Source of the DNA: an uncultured bacterium
GTDB lineage: Bacteria > UBP7 > UBA6624
Direction: 5' to 3'
Length of the DNA stretch: 64,000 bases
Assembly (NCBI GenBank): GCA_964012435.1
Contig: CAXGSM010000005.1
Coordinates: 1-64,000, forward strand
Below, in pieces: positions 1 through 8,946 of this stretch. The number at the start of each line of letters is the position of its first letter. Position 1 is the first letter of the stretch. The notes under the pieces were generated by a model that was not told where the DNA came from, searched no databases, and saw nothing but the letters and a program-made list of their open reading frames with translations. The position numbers and the translations under genes were made by a program.

Positions 1-2
1 AT

Positions 3-455
3 TCATTGATGGCAACTGCAGAAAATCACTCTTCAATAAACATCAGATTTGCTGCGCTTGAGGCTCTTGGAAACGAAGTTAAAACAATTGAAATGAAAGC
101 CATTCCGATAATGAAATACGATATCAACTCTTTCTCCGTAAAGCCAGGCCAGCCTGTCAGGATCATCTTGAAGAATGAAGAATCCATGCCGCATAATGTT
201 GTGATTGTTGAGCCCGGGTCCTTTCCAGACAGGATTATCGAGGATCTTGCAACCTTGTATGGATCCGCAGATGCTTCGGGTTTGGACTATATCCCACAAA
301 CTGATACGGTTCTTTTCCATACTGCAATGATAAATGTTGATGAATCCACAGAGTTGTTGTTTTTTGCACCTGAATCTGAGGGCGTGTATCCTTACCTCTG
401 CACTTATCCAGGTCATTGGGCAACCATGAATGGTGTCATGGAAGTTAAGAATTAG
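3..455 (+). CDS. Azurin/auracyanin-like type-1 copper domain, probably the C-terminus of a larger protein truncated by the window edge
   Basis: MPHNVV and YPYLCTYPGHWATM give His/Cys/His/Met ligands. The frame is open to the window start. The preceding NIRFAALEALG resembles the end of a HEAT repeat. Confidence 0.85.
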   Translation, partial: SLMATAENHSSINIRFAALEALGNEVKTIEMKAIPIMKYDINSFSVKPGQPVRIILKNEESMPHNVVIVEPGSFPDRIIEDLATLYGSADASGLDYIPQTDTVLFHTAMINVDESTELLFFAPESEGVYPYLCTYPGHWATMNGVMEVKN

Positions 456-458
456 TAA

Positions 459-467
459 TGCTACAAT
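459..467 (+). promoter_or_regulatory. Putative extended -10 promoter element
   Basis: TG-C-TACAAT in the 25-bp gap, ending 13 nt before ATG 481. Confidence 0.4.
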
Positions 468-480
468 AGTGCCTTAAATT

Positions 481-1593
481 ATGTTAGATGTTATTGTTGT
501 TGGGGCTGGTGCAGCAGGGGTTGGTATTAGTGCAATACTAGATGATCTTGGGGTAGATGATATGCTTATTCTTGAAAGAGAAAAAGTCGGAACGTCTTTC
601 AAGAAGTGGCCAAAAGAAATGCGCTTGATCACACCTTCTTTTACAACAAACTTTTACGGGCAAGCTGACCTTAATTCAATTATGGCGAGAAGCTCTCCCG
701 CTTATTTTCTCAGAAAAGAACATCCAACTGGCAAGGAGTACGCTGAGTATTTGAAAAGCCTAGTGGAATATTGCAATCTGCCAATTGTTGAACATACAAA
801 TATTGAAAAAGTCACCTATTCAAAAGGTGTCTTCAGTTTGAAAATAACCAATGGCAAAGAGGTAAGGACACGTTTCCTCATTTGGGCTGCAGGAGAGTTT
901 CAATACCCTAATATGACTGTTTTCCCAGGATCAGAATTGTGCTTACACAACAGTAAAGTCAAAAGCTGGAAAGATGTAAAAGGAGACGAACATTTCATCA
1001 TAGGTGGTTATGAAAGCGGGATTGATGCTGCAGTTCATTTAAGCCGTTTAGGCAAAGAGGTTTATGTGTTGGATGGCAATGCCCCCTGGGGAGACAGAAC
1101 CACAGATCCAAGCTTAAGCTTATCGCCCTTTACCACGGAAAGGCTCGAGGAAGAGATGAAGCATGGCCGAATTAACCTGATAGGAAAGTCGAAGATTAAA
1201 AAGGTTTCCAAGAAGGGCGATGAATACTTGATTGAAATAAAAGGAAAATCAAAAATACATACAAGTAAAACACCACCTATCTTGGCTACTGGCTTTAAAA
1301 GCAGTCTCACCCTTATTGAAGATTTGTTTGAATGGGACAAAGAAGAGTCCTATGCTTTATTGAATGAAGAAGATGAATCAACAAAAACACCAGGTCTTTT
1401 CCTTGTTGGCCCACAGGTTCGTCATGAGAATCTAATTTTTTGTTTCATATATAAGTATCGCCAAAGATTTGGCGTTGTTGCAAATGCAATTGGTGAAAGA
1501 TTGGAATTGGATACAGAGATATTGGAATATTATCGCCAAGAAGGTTTTTACTTAGATGATTTGAGCTGTTGTGCCGATGAGTGTGATTGCTGA
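481..1593 (+). CDS. NAD(P)/FAD-dependent oxidoreductase (CzcO/YpdA-like flavoprotein) with Cys-rich C-terminus
   Basis: GAGAAG FAD motif, second dinucleotide motif IIGGYESG, ATGF; ends DDLSCCADECDC. Confidence 0.8.
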   Translation: MLDVIVVGAGAAGVGISAILDDLGVDDMLILEREKVGTSFKKWPKEMRLITPSFTTNFYGQADLNSIMARSSPAYFLRKEHPTGKEYAEYLKSLVEYCNLPIVEHTNIEKVTYSKGVFSLKITNGKEVRTRFLIWAAGEFQYPNMTVFPGSELCLHNSKVKSWKDVKGDEHFIIGGYESGIDAAVHLSRLGKEVYVLDGNAPWGDRTTDPSLSLSPFTTERLEEEMKHGRINLIGKSKIKKVSKKGDEYLIEIKGKSKIHTSKTPPILATGFKSSLTLIEDLFEWDKEESYALLNEEDESTKTPGLFLVGPQVRHENLIFCFIYKYRQRFGVVANAIGERLELDTEILEYYRQEGFYLDDLSCCADECDC

Positions 1594-1799
1594 TGAGCAA
1601 AGATCGTATTCAAAAAAAAGGTAATTCCAAAATAAATCTTGAATGGCTTTTTCAATCTATTGCGAGTGTTTCCTGGATCGTTTCTGTTATTGTTTATGGC
1701 TCATATGAACTTGGTGATTGCTTGCAGTTGCTGGCAGCTACATCCTGGACAGTTTCAAATTTTATGAACTACCTTAGTCAACAAAAGGCACAAAGTTAG
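1593..1799 (+). CDS. Small hypothetical membrane protein
   Basis: TGATG overlap with the upstream stop; two hydrophobic segments. Confidence 0.6.
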   Translation: MSKDRIQKKGNSKINLEWLFQSIASVSWIVSVIVYGSYELGDCLQLLAATSWTVSNFMNYLSQQKAQS

Positions 1800-2400
1800 G
1801 CAAACAATCAACTTCAAACACCTGAGAGCTTGACGCTCTAGCGCATTTGTCCCCATATTTAGAGACCTGCATGGCGATATAAGCTAGATCTAGCATTTTC
1901 CACAATACTAACAACATGACAATAAAACCAACAACCTTGTTTAAAACATTGACCTTTTTTTGTGCTGATGTTGGATACAAAGCTTCTTCTTGTTTTCTTA
2001 TGCTTTTTATGTCAGCACCTTTTTCAAACATCGATAATGTAATTCCAATTCGATTATTTGTATAGTTCCATTGCGCTTGGAAGTTTTGCTTTCTCTCAAC
2101 CGATGCACCCAAATCTCTTAGGCTGGTTGATATGTCCAATAATTGCTTAATTCCTTTTGCAACTATACTGGCTCTTTCGTCATTACCGCCAATTGTCAGC
2201 GCTACCGGGATGAGGTTTTTTGCAATCCATTCTTTTTCTCTGGCCAAGGCGTCTTCTTCATCGGTATTTGTTTCTGGCATGTCATGAGCTCCAGCACAAA
2301 GTAGCCATGGTTCAGCAATTGCTTTTATCCTTTTCCAATGCAGCTTGAAATCCTCAAGATTTTGCAATGATTTTTTTGTCATTTTTTGTTTACTCTTCAT
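1774..2400 (-). CDS. Hypothetical protein with C-terminal transmembrane helix
   Basis: Long ORF whose ATG 2400 overlaps the TPR gene stop; hydrophobic VVGFIVMLLVLW; start uncertain. Confidence 0.6.
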   Translation of the reverse strand: MKSKQKMTKKSLQNLEDFKLHWKRIKAIAEPWLLCAGAHDMPETNTDEEDALAREKEWIAKNLIPVALTIGGNDERASIVAKGIKQLLDISTSLRDLGASVERKQNFQAQWNYTNNRIGITLSMFEKGADIKSIRKQEEALYPTSAQKKVNVLNKVVGFIVMLLVLWKMLDLAYIAMQVSKYGDKCARASSSQVFEVDCLPNFVPFVD

Positions 2401-2911
2401 GAAATAATAAAACACTTAGATTTTCGGCTGCACCAGGGAAATCAGAGTCCTCCTTAACAACCATTTTAAGAAATTTAATAGCATCTTTTGATCTGTTGGT
2501 TTTTGCATAAATTATTGACATGTCATGAAGTGCATGTATGTGGTTGGATTTTATTTTCAATACTTCGTCAAACATTGTTTCCGCATCTTCAAGCTCTCCC
2601 TGAGATAGAGATATTTTCCCGATATGGTACAAACATGTTGCCCTAGTGTTTGATTCGGTTTTTTTGCTTAAGTCAAGTGCGGTTTTGAAGCTTTGTTTTG
2701 CATTGGGGTCACTAGACCAGTACTGCGTCAAACCCAGCATCATCCAAGCTTCAGATGATTTTGAGTTCTCACTGGTTAGGTCTTGTGACAGATCCATAAT
2801 CTGTTTTAATAGTTCCAGTTGGTTTTCAGCATCACCTTTTTCAAGTGATAGAAGCATTTTTCTTGCAAGCTCAAGTTGCTCTTTGTAAGAGCTGTTTTTT
2901 TTGTTACTCAT
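2390..2911 (-). CDS. Tetratricopeptide repeat protein
   Basis: TPR-like helices (AWMMLG..AKQSFKTAL; LYHIG..DAETMFDEVL; ALHDMS..DAIKFLKMV); ATG 2911 overlaps the maeB stop. Confidence 0.75.
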   Translation of the reverse strand: MSNKKNSSYKEQLELARKMLLSLEKGDAENQLELLKQIMDLSQDLTSENSKSSEAWMMLGLTQYWSSDPNAKQSFKTALDLSKKTESNTRATCLYHIGKISLSQGELEDAETMFDEVLKIKSNHIHALHDMSIIYAKTNRSKDAIKFLKMVVKEDSDFPGAAENLSVLLFHEE

Positions 2912-5162
2912 ATTCTTGAGCTGCTGCCAATGCGGCGAGTTCGACAACTTGTCCAACACCACAGTGTCTCTCAAGAACATGAACAGGGTGTTTCATGCCT
3001 AGCAATATAGGTCCAACCAAATGAGCCTCTCCTAAAGATTGTAACAACTTGTAAGATATGTTTGCGCTGTCAAGGTCTGGACACACAAGAACATTAACTC
3101 TTGATTCATTTGCAAGGGGTGAGAATGGGTATGTTTTCTTGATTATTTTTGTATTAAGGGCAACATCAGCTTGCATTTCACCATCAGCAGGTATTTCAGG
3201 CCATTTGCTTCTGAAGAGTCGTAAGGCTGCTTGAACTCTTGCAGCTTCATCATCCGGGCTTGATCCAAAACTGGCATGACTTAAAAACGCAACTACAGGA
3301 TCCAAGCCGATTGATTCAGCAAGATCAGCAAGAAGCTTTCCCGATTCCGCTAGATCTTTTTTCGATGGCTTTATTCCAATGGTTGCATCACCAAGGACTA
3401 TCGGAGATATATTTTCATTGTTGGGAATAATTACATAGCCCCCTATTGCATGTTCCACCTTATTCGCTGTAGGCAGAATTTGGAACAACGGTATGAGTGA
3501 ATGTCTATAGTAAAGATTTTGTCCAACAACCAGTCCATGCGCATTTCCGAGGCGAAGATGCATTGCTCCAAAAATGACAGGTCTTTTTATTCTTTTGTCG
3601 GCTTCTTTTTTAGTTAAGCCTTTTCTTCTCCTGAGTTCCAGGTATTTTTTTGCGTATTCTTTTCTGTCGGGGTGTTTCGCTGGGTCCAGTATTTCCATAG
3701 CTGAAATATCAACTTTCGATTGTTCAGCAGCGGTTTGGATTTTTTTGGTGTTTCCCACGAGAACCGGTTTTGCCAAAGCGTCTCCAAGCAGTATTTCAGC
3801 AGCTTGCAAAATTACAGGTTCATCACCTTCTGGGAAAATGATTTTTCTTCCTTTGCGAGCTGCAGTTTTGAATATTGGTTTAAGAATTCTTCGGCTTGGC
3901 TCTATTTTTCTTTGAAGCATGTATCCATATGTGTCAATATCAATTTGCTTTCTTGCAACTTTGGTTTCTATAGCAGCTCTTGCAACGGCTGGAGCGACAT
4001 GATAAAGAACCCTTCTGTCTGTTGGTTTCGGAATTACATAATCTGGCCCAAAGGTAAGATCTGCCATCCCATAAGCATCTTTGACCTCTTTGGTCACTGA
4101 GCTTCTTGCCAATTCCGCTAAAGCTTCACTTGCAGCAACCATCATTTCATCATTGATTGCTTTAGCAGCTACATCAAGTGCGCCTCTAAAGATAAAAGGA
4201 AAACCCAAAACATTATTAACCTGGTTTGGAAAATCAGACCTTCCTGTTCCAACGATTGCATCTGGTCTTGTTTTCTTTGCAAGATCATAAGGAATTTCAG
4301 GATCGGGATTAGCCATGGCGAATATTATTGGATTTTTATTCATTTTCTCAATCATGCTAGGTGTAACAGTGTCTCTTACAGAAACCCCAAGAAAACAATC
4401 AGCACCATCTAAGGCATCAGCCAGTGTTCGTTTGTCAGTTTTCGTTGCAAACTCATCTTTATATTTGTTCATCCCATCTTTTCTTCCGATATAAACAACA
4501 CCTCTGGAATCAACAAGTATTATCTTCTCCCTTTTGTGGCCTAGGTGACAAAGCAGCCTTCCCATCGCAATACCAGCAGCTCCAGCTCCTGATATGACTG
4601 TAGTCAAGTCTCCCCATTTTCGATCTGTAAGCATTAAGCTATTAATTACAGCTGCACCAGTAATGATTGCAGTTCCCCATTGGTCATCATGAAAAACTGG
4701 TATGTTTAGTTTTTCTTTTAGCCTTTCTTCAACCTCGAAACACTCAGGAGCCTTGATGTCTTCTAAATTTATACCTCCAAAAGTCGGCTCCAAAGCCTGG
4801 GTGACATTAATGATTTCTTCTGACGTCTTAGCATTTATTTCTATATCAAATGCATCAACATTAGCGAATTTTTTAAACAAGACCGCTTTACCTTCGCCAA
4901 CTGGCTTAAAGGCTTCAGGGCCAATATTGCCTAACCCAAGAACAGCAGTTCCATTAGACAAAACAGCAACCAAATTTGCTTTATTTGTATACTGATATAC
5001 ATCCTGTTTGTTTTTGTGTATTTCCAGACAGGGTTCTGCTACACCAGGTGAGTAAGCAAGTGTTAAGTCATCTTGAGTCAAACAGGGTTTGGTAACTTTT
5101 ATCTCAGTTTTCCCCGGTTTGGGGTTTTTATGGTAATTTAAGGCCTCGTCTTTTAGAGACAT
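2904..5162 (-). CDS. maeB: NADP-dependent malic enzyme with phosphotransacetylase-like C-terminal domain
   Basis: LAYSPGVA, NGTAVLGLGNIG, GGINLEDIKAPECF, GRSDFPNQVNNVLGFPFIFRGALD, then IIFPEG and DGEMQAD; 752 aa. Confidence 0.95.
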   Translation of the reverse strand: MSLKDEALNYHKNPKPGKTEIKVTKPCLTQDDLTLAYSPGVAEPCLEIHKNKQDVYQYTNKANLVAVLSNGTAVLGLGNIGPEAFKPVGEGKAVLFKKFANVDAFDIEINAKTSEEIINVTQALEPTFGGINLEDIKAPECFEVEERLKEKLNIPVFHDDQWGTAIITGAAVINSLMLTDRKWGDLTTVISGAGAAGIAMGRLLCHLGHKREKIILVDSRGVVYIGRKDGMNKYKDEFATKTDKRTLADALDGADCFLGVSVRDTVTPSMIEKMNKNPIIFAMANPDPEIPYDLAKKTRPDAIVGTGRSDFPNQVNNVLGFPFIFRGALDVAAKAINDEMMVAASEALAELARSSVTKEVKDAYGMADLTFGPDYVIPKPTDRRVLYHVAPAVARAAIETKVARKQIDIDTYGYMLQRKIEPSRRILKPIFKTAARKGRKIIFPEGDEPVILQAAEILLGDALAKPVLVGNTKKIQTAAEQSKVDISAMEILDPAKHPDRKEYAKKYLELRRRKGLTKKEADKRIKRPVIFGAMHLRLGNAHGLVVGQNLYYRHSLIPLFQILPTANKVEHAIGGYVIIPNNENISPIVLGDATIGIKPSKKDLAESGKLLADLAESIGLDPVVAFLSHASFGSSPDDEAARVQAALRLFRSKWPEIPADGEMQADVALNTKIIKKTYPFSPLANESRVNVLVCPDLDSANISYKLLQSLGEAHLVGPILLGMKHPVHVLERHCGVGQVVELAALAAAQEYE

Positions 5163-5216
5163 GATTGTCCAATTCTAGTATTAGTAATATGATTAACGGT
5201 TAAACTCATAAAGAAA

Positions 5217-6962
5217 ATGAATTCAAGCAACAATAAAAGTGACAATCGGTTAAAAATTTTCATTAATTTATTAAAACCTCATTGGAAATCTTTATCACTA
5301 GGTATTTTCATATTATTGGTTCTAGATGTAATTCAGGTTTTGCTTCCACTCGTTACAAAAGAAGTTATTGACAGAATCGAACAAGGAACCTGGAACAGCG
5401 AAACAACAACACAGGTTTTCTGGGTCTTTTTAATTGCCGGAATAGCCACGCTTGTTTTGAGATACTCATGGCGAGTACTGATATTTGGAGCATCAAGAAA
5501 GGTTGAAAGGGAACTCAGAAAAAAGCTTTATAAACGGCTTACAGGGGTTCCAATGAAGTTTTACGATAAAGTCCAGATTGGAGACCTTATGGGGCGAGCT
5601 AGTAATGATATTGAAGCTGTTAGGAATATGTCCGGAATATTAGTTATTTGCGCTTTTGATGGCATTGTTTGGGGTGTTTTAACCATTGGTTTCATGTTTT
5701 CCTTAGATTGGCATTTGACTCTTGCGGTTTTGGTTCCGTTCCCTTTAATAGTGATTTTCACAAGGTATATGGGTCAAGCTTTTCATAAGCAGTTTAAATT
5801 GGTTCAAGAGGCATTTAGTAAACTTTCTGCACATGTAGAGCAGGCTGCTGGAGGCATTTTGGCTCTAAAGGGATTCCGACAGGAATTTGGTGAAGCCAGG
5901 CTTTTAACTTCAAAAGCAAGTGACGTTAAAAATGAAGGTTTTAAGCTTGCAAATTTAGATGCTTGGTTTGAACCTGTTTTCAGAGTTGCTGCAGGTATAG
6001 GCATCACTGTTCTGATTGTTTATGGTGGAGGACGAGTTGTATCTGGCTACCTTACAGTCGGAGACTTAGCTGCTTTTTTACAGTATTTTAATTATCTTGT
6101 TTGGCCTTTTATGGCACTTGGCTTTATGGTTAACCTTTATCAAAGAGGCACAGCCAGTTTAATGAGGATACAGGAGATGATTGATGAGCCGCAAGAGTTA
6201 AGACCACAAGGCTTCAAGCCACAGTTAGTTGATATTGAGCTTAAGAATATGTCCTTTAGATATTCTGAAGAAAACAATGTTCTAAACCAAATATCGCTCC
6301 ACCTCAAGGAAGGGGAAAAATTAGCGATTGTTGGGCCTACAGGATGTGGTAAATCAACAATTTTTAAATTGATAACAGCTCTTTATTCTGCAGAAGAAAA
6401 AACCATATTAGTCAATAATCAAAATATAGAAAACATCGATAAAGATGCATGGAGAAGCATGATTGCCTGGTCCCCACAGGATCCAGTCACATTTTCAGAA
6501 ACAATTAGATATAACCTTGATCTTGGCAAAAGCATAGAGGACGCCAAGCTGTGGGAAGCTTTAAGGATTGCCGCTTTAGATTCTGATGTCAAAAAAATGT
6601 CAGGACAACTGAATTCAAAAGTTGGAGAAAGAGGCATTTCTCTATCAGGTGGACAAAGGCAAAGGCTCGCTCTTGCAAGAGCAATATGTCAAAATAGAAA
6701 ATTGATATTACTAGACGATGCTTTAAGTGCTGTTGATGCAGAAACTGAATCAAAAATATTAATCAACCTTATTGATGTCATCAAGGATAAAACAGTTATT
6801 GTTTCTACACATAGGATATCTTCAATATTTTCCTTTGACAAGGTTCTACTTCTTTCAAAGGATGGAGATATGGAGGCCTGTGAAAAACCCGATAAGCTGC
6901 TGAAGGAAAATAAGAAATTCGCTCAAATGTGGAAATTAAGCCAGGGAGAAAGTGTCAAATGA
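5217..6962 (+). CDS. ABC exporter, permease + ATPase (MdlA/YheI-like)
   Basis: N-terminal TM domain, GPTGCGKS, LSGGQRQR, LLDD (degenerate Walker B). Confidence 0.92.
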   Translation: MNSSNNKSDNRLKIFINLLKPHWKSLSLGIFILLVLDVIQVLLPLVTKEVIDRIEQGTWNSETTTQVFWVFLIAGIATLVLRYSWRVLIFGASRKVERELRKKLYKRLTGVPMKFYDKVQIGDLMGRASNDIEAVRNMSGILVICAFDGIVWGVLTIGFMFSLDWHLTLAVLVPFPLIVIFTRYMGQAFHKQFKLVQEAFSKLSAHVEQAAGGILALKGFRQEFGEARLLTSKASDVKNEGFKLANLDAWFEPVFRVAAGIGITVLIVYGGGRVVSGYLTVGDLAAFLQYFNYLVWPFMALGFMVNLYQRGTASLMRIQEMIDEPQELRPQGFKPQLVDIELKNMSFRYSEENNVLNQISLHLKEGEKLAIVGPTGCGKSTIFKLITALYSAEEKTILVNNQNIENIDKDAWRSMIAWSPQDPVTFSETIRYNLDLGKSIEDAKLWEALRIAALDSDVKKMSGQLNSKVGERGISLSGGQRQRLALARAICQNRKLILLDDALSAVDAETESKILINLIDVIKDKTVIVSTHRISSIFSFDKVLLLSKDGDMEACEKPDKLLKENKKFAQMWKLSQGESVK

Positions 6963-8746
6963 GAGGAATGAGCACGCTTGATACAGGTGACGTTCCTGTA
7001 GTCCCACAAATGACTCTTTTGAAATGGCTCTGGGACAGGGTTAAACACCATAAAAAGAAAATTATCGGCATTATTTTTGCACTAGTTGGTCTTGTTTCGA
7101 CAACAGTTTTTCAGCCTTTACTAATAAGAGAGTTGATTGATAAGCATTTGGTTGTTGGGGCTAACGCTTCAAGCAGCGAGATCTTGACAATCGGGATTAA
7201 GTACTTAATTTTAGTTCTATTAGCTTTTTATTTAAGCTGGTGGACCACCAGAAGCCTAGGCAGGCTGGCTAATGAAGTTATGTATGAGTTGAGACGAGAT
7301 CTTTTTAATCGTTTAGTTAGCCTGAAGGTTTCGTTTTTTGAAAAAACTCCCGTTGGGGTTATAGTGCACAGGGTCAGCAATGATGTCCAGTCAATAAGTG
7401 ATTTATTCACACAGGTTTTAACTACCCTTGTTAGTGATTTGTTCTTGATTGTTGGTGTGACCATTGCCATGATCAGAATTGCTCCATCGGTTTCTTTATG
7501 GGTTCTTATCCCATTGCCGATCATCGTAGCAATCATGCCAACTTTTTCCAGATGGGTTTTTAGGCTTTTTGACATAATCAGAAACAGATCAACCGAAATG
7601 ATCATCTCACTCAATGAAATCTTGAGAGGTTTAGCCCTCTTAAGAGCTTTTAACTCGGAAAAAGAGACTGATGAAAAATATTTTGATCTAAACCAGAAAA
7701 CATATGTTGCTCATATGGATAGCATTAAATCATTCAGTTTGTTTGACCCATTTGTGTCGCTGTGTTTTTATTTCTCAATGGCCATTTTGTTCTTGAAAGG
7801 CATCCCATTAATTAATGTAGATTCTGGAATTACGGTCGGGATATTGATAGCGATGTTGAGTTACACAAAATCGCTTTATCAGCCGATGCATGATATTGCA
7901 CACAAGATCCATTTAATCCAAAGCAGTCTTGCTGGGGTTGGAAAAGTGCATTGGTTAATGAATATTAATGATCCAGACGAGTGGAATCACTCTGAAAAAC
8001 AAATCAACCCTTGGCCTTTGGAGGGAAGTTTCAAATCAGAAAATTTAGTTTTCGCTTACACTGAAAATAAAACAATTATCGACGGAATAGATTTTGAGCT
8101 CAATAAAGGAAAGAAACTGGCTATTGTTGGGTCCACAGGTGCAGGAAAATCAACCCTGGTTAAATTATTAATGGCATATTATTCACCGCAGAAAGGAAGG
8201 ATATTTGCAGGTAAGCATTCACATTTTGATGCAAATCTTGATTCATGGCGTAAGGGAATTGCATTCTTGCCACAGGAAGTGACACTGTTTAATCGTTCCA
8301 TATTGGACAACATACGTTTACACAAGGATATCCCGAAAGAAAAAATAGAAAACATCATAAAGATATTGGGATTCGAAGACAGAGTCAACTCAATGAAAGA
8401 CGGCTTGGAGACTGTTCTAGCGGAAGGCGGTAAAGATTTATCTCTGGGTGAAAGGCAGTTGATATCAATTGCCAGAGCACTTGTTTTTGACCCTGAGGTA
8501 TTGGTGCTTGACGAGGCAACAAGTTCTATTGATCCTGAATTGGAATTAATAGTCAACAAGGCTATAAACAAGCTGCTGCAAGGGAGAACAGGAATCATTA
8601 TTGCCCACAGGCTTTCAACAGTAAGGCAAGCCGATGAAATATTGGTTGTTGATCAAGGCAAAATCAAAGAAAGAGGAACACATGATCAGTTGATGAAAAA
8701 GAAAGGTCAATATTATTATTTGATTCGTTTACAAATGGAAAATTAA
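6959..8746 (+). CDS. ABC exporter, permease + ATPase (MdlB/YheH-like), partner of the upstream half
   Basis: ATGA overlap, GSTGAGKS, LSLGERQ, LDEATS, IAHRLST. Confidence 0.92.
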   Translation: MRGMSTLDTGDVPVVPQMTLLKWLWDRVKHHKKKIIGIIFALVGLVSTTVFQPLLIRELIDKHLVVGANASSSEILTIGIKYLILVLLAFYLSWWTTRSLGRLANEVMYELRRDLFNRLVSLKVSFFEKTPVGVIVHRVSNDVQSISDLFTQVLTTLVSDLFLIVGVTIAMIRIAPSVSLWVLIPLPIIVAIMPTFSRWVFRLFDIIRNRSTEMIISLNEILRGLALLRAFNSEKETDEKYFDLNQKTYVAHMDSIKSFSLFDPFVSLCFYFSMAILFLKGIPLINVDSGITVGILIAMLSYTKSLYQPMHDIAHKIHLIQSSLAGVGKVHWLMNINDPDEWNHSEKQINPWPLEGSFKSENLVFAYTENKTIIDGIDFELNKGKKLAIVGSTGAGKSTLVKLLMAYYSPQKGRIFAGKHSHFDANLDSWRKGIAFLPQEVTLFNRSILDNIRLHKDIPKEKIENIIKILGFEDRVNSMKDGLETVLAEGGKDLSLGERQLISIARALVFDPEVLVLDEATSSIDPELELIVNKAINKLLQGRTGIIIAHRLSTVRQADEILVVDQGKIKERGTHDQLMKKKGQYYYLIRLQMEN

Positions 8747-8829
8747 TGCCGGTGGAGGGACTCGAACCCCCACGCCCTCACGGACACTAGTTCCTAAGAC
8801 TAGCGCGTCTACCATTCCGCCACACCGGC
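8747..8829 (-). tRNA. tRNA-Leu (anticodon TAG), CCA not encoded
   Basis: Reverse complement GCCGGTGTGGCGGAATGGTAGACGCGCTAGTCTTAGGAACTAGTGTCCGTGAGGGCGTGGGGGTTCGAGTCCCTCCACCGGCA; cloverleaf with long variable arm. Confidence 0.97.
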
Positions 8830-8885
8830 TTAATGATGTATCCTAATCAAATAAGAGGAAAAAGAGATCTTTTTTTTAAAAAAAA

Positions 8886-8894
8886 TGATAAAAT
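8886..8894 (+). promoter_or_regulatory. Putative extended -10 element for gyrA
   Basis: TG-A-TAAAAT in the intergenic gap upstream of ATG 8947; the region is very AT-rich, so this is weak. Confidence 0.3.
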
Positions 8895-8946
8895 ATTAAA
8901 AACCAAAAATTACTTTAAATTGATGGTTTTTTAGCCCTAAAAAAAT

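Noticed and set aside
456..480. Metalloregulator palindrome upstream of the Cys-tailed flavoprotein
   Set aside because: ATGCTAC-AAT-AGTGCCT matches as an inverted repeat at only 3 of 7 positions.
2912..2980. Long N-terminal extension of the TPR ORF
   Set aside because: It overlaps maeB extensively; ATG 2911 gives the short overlap typical of this window.
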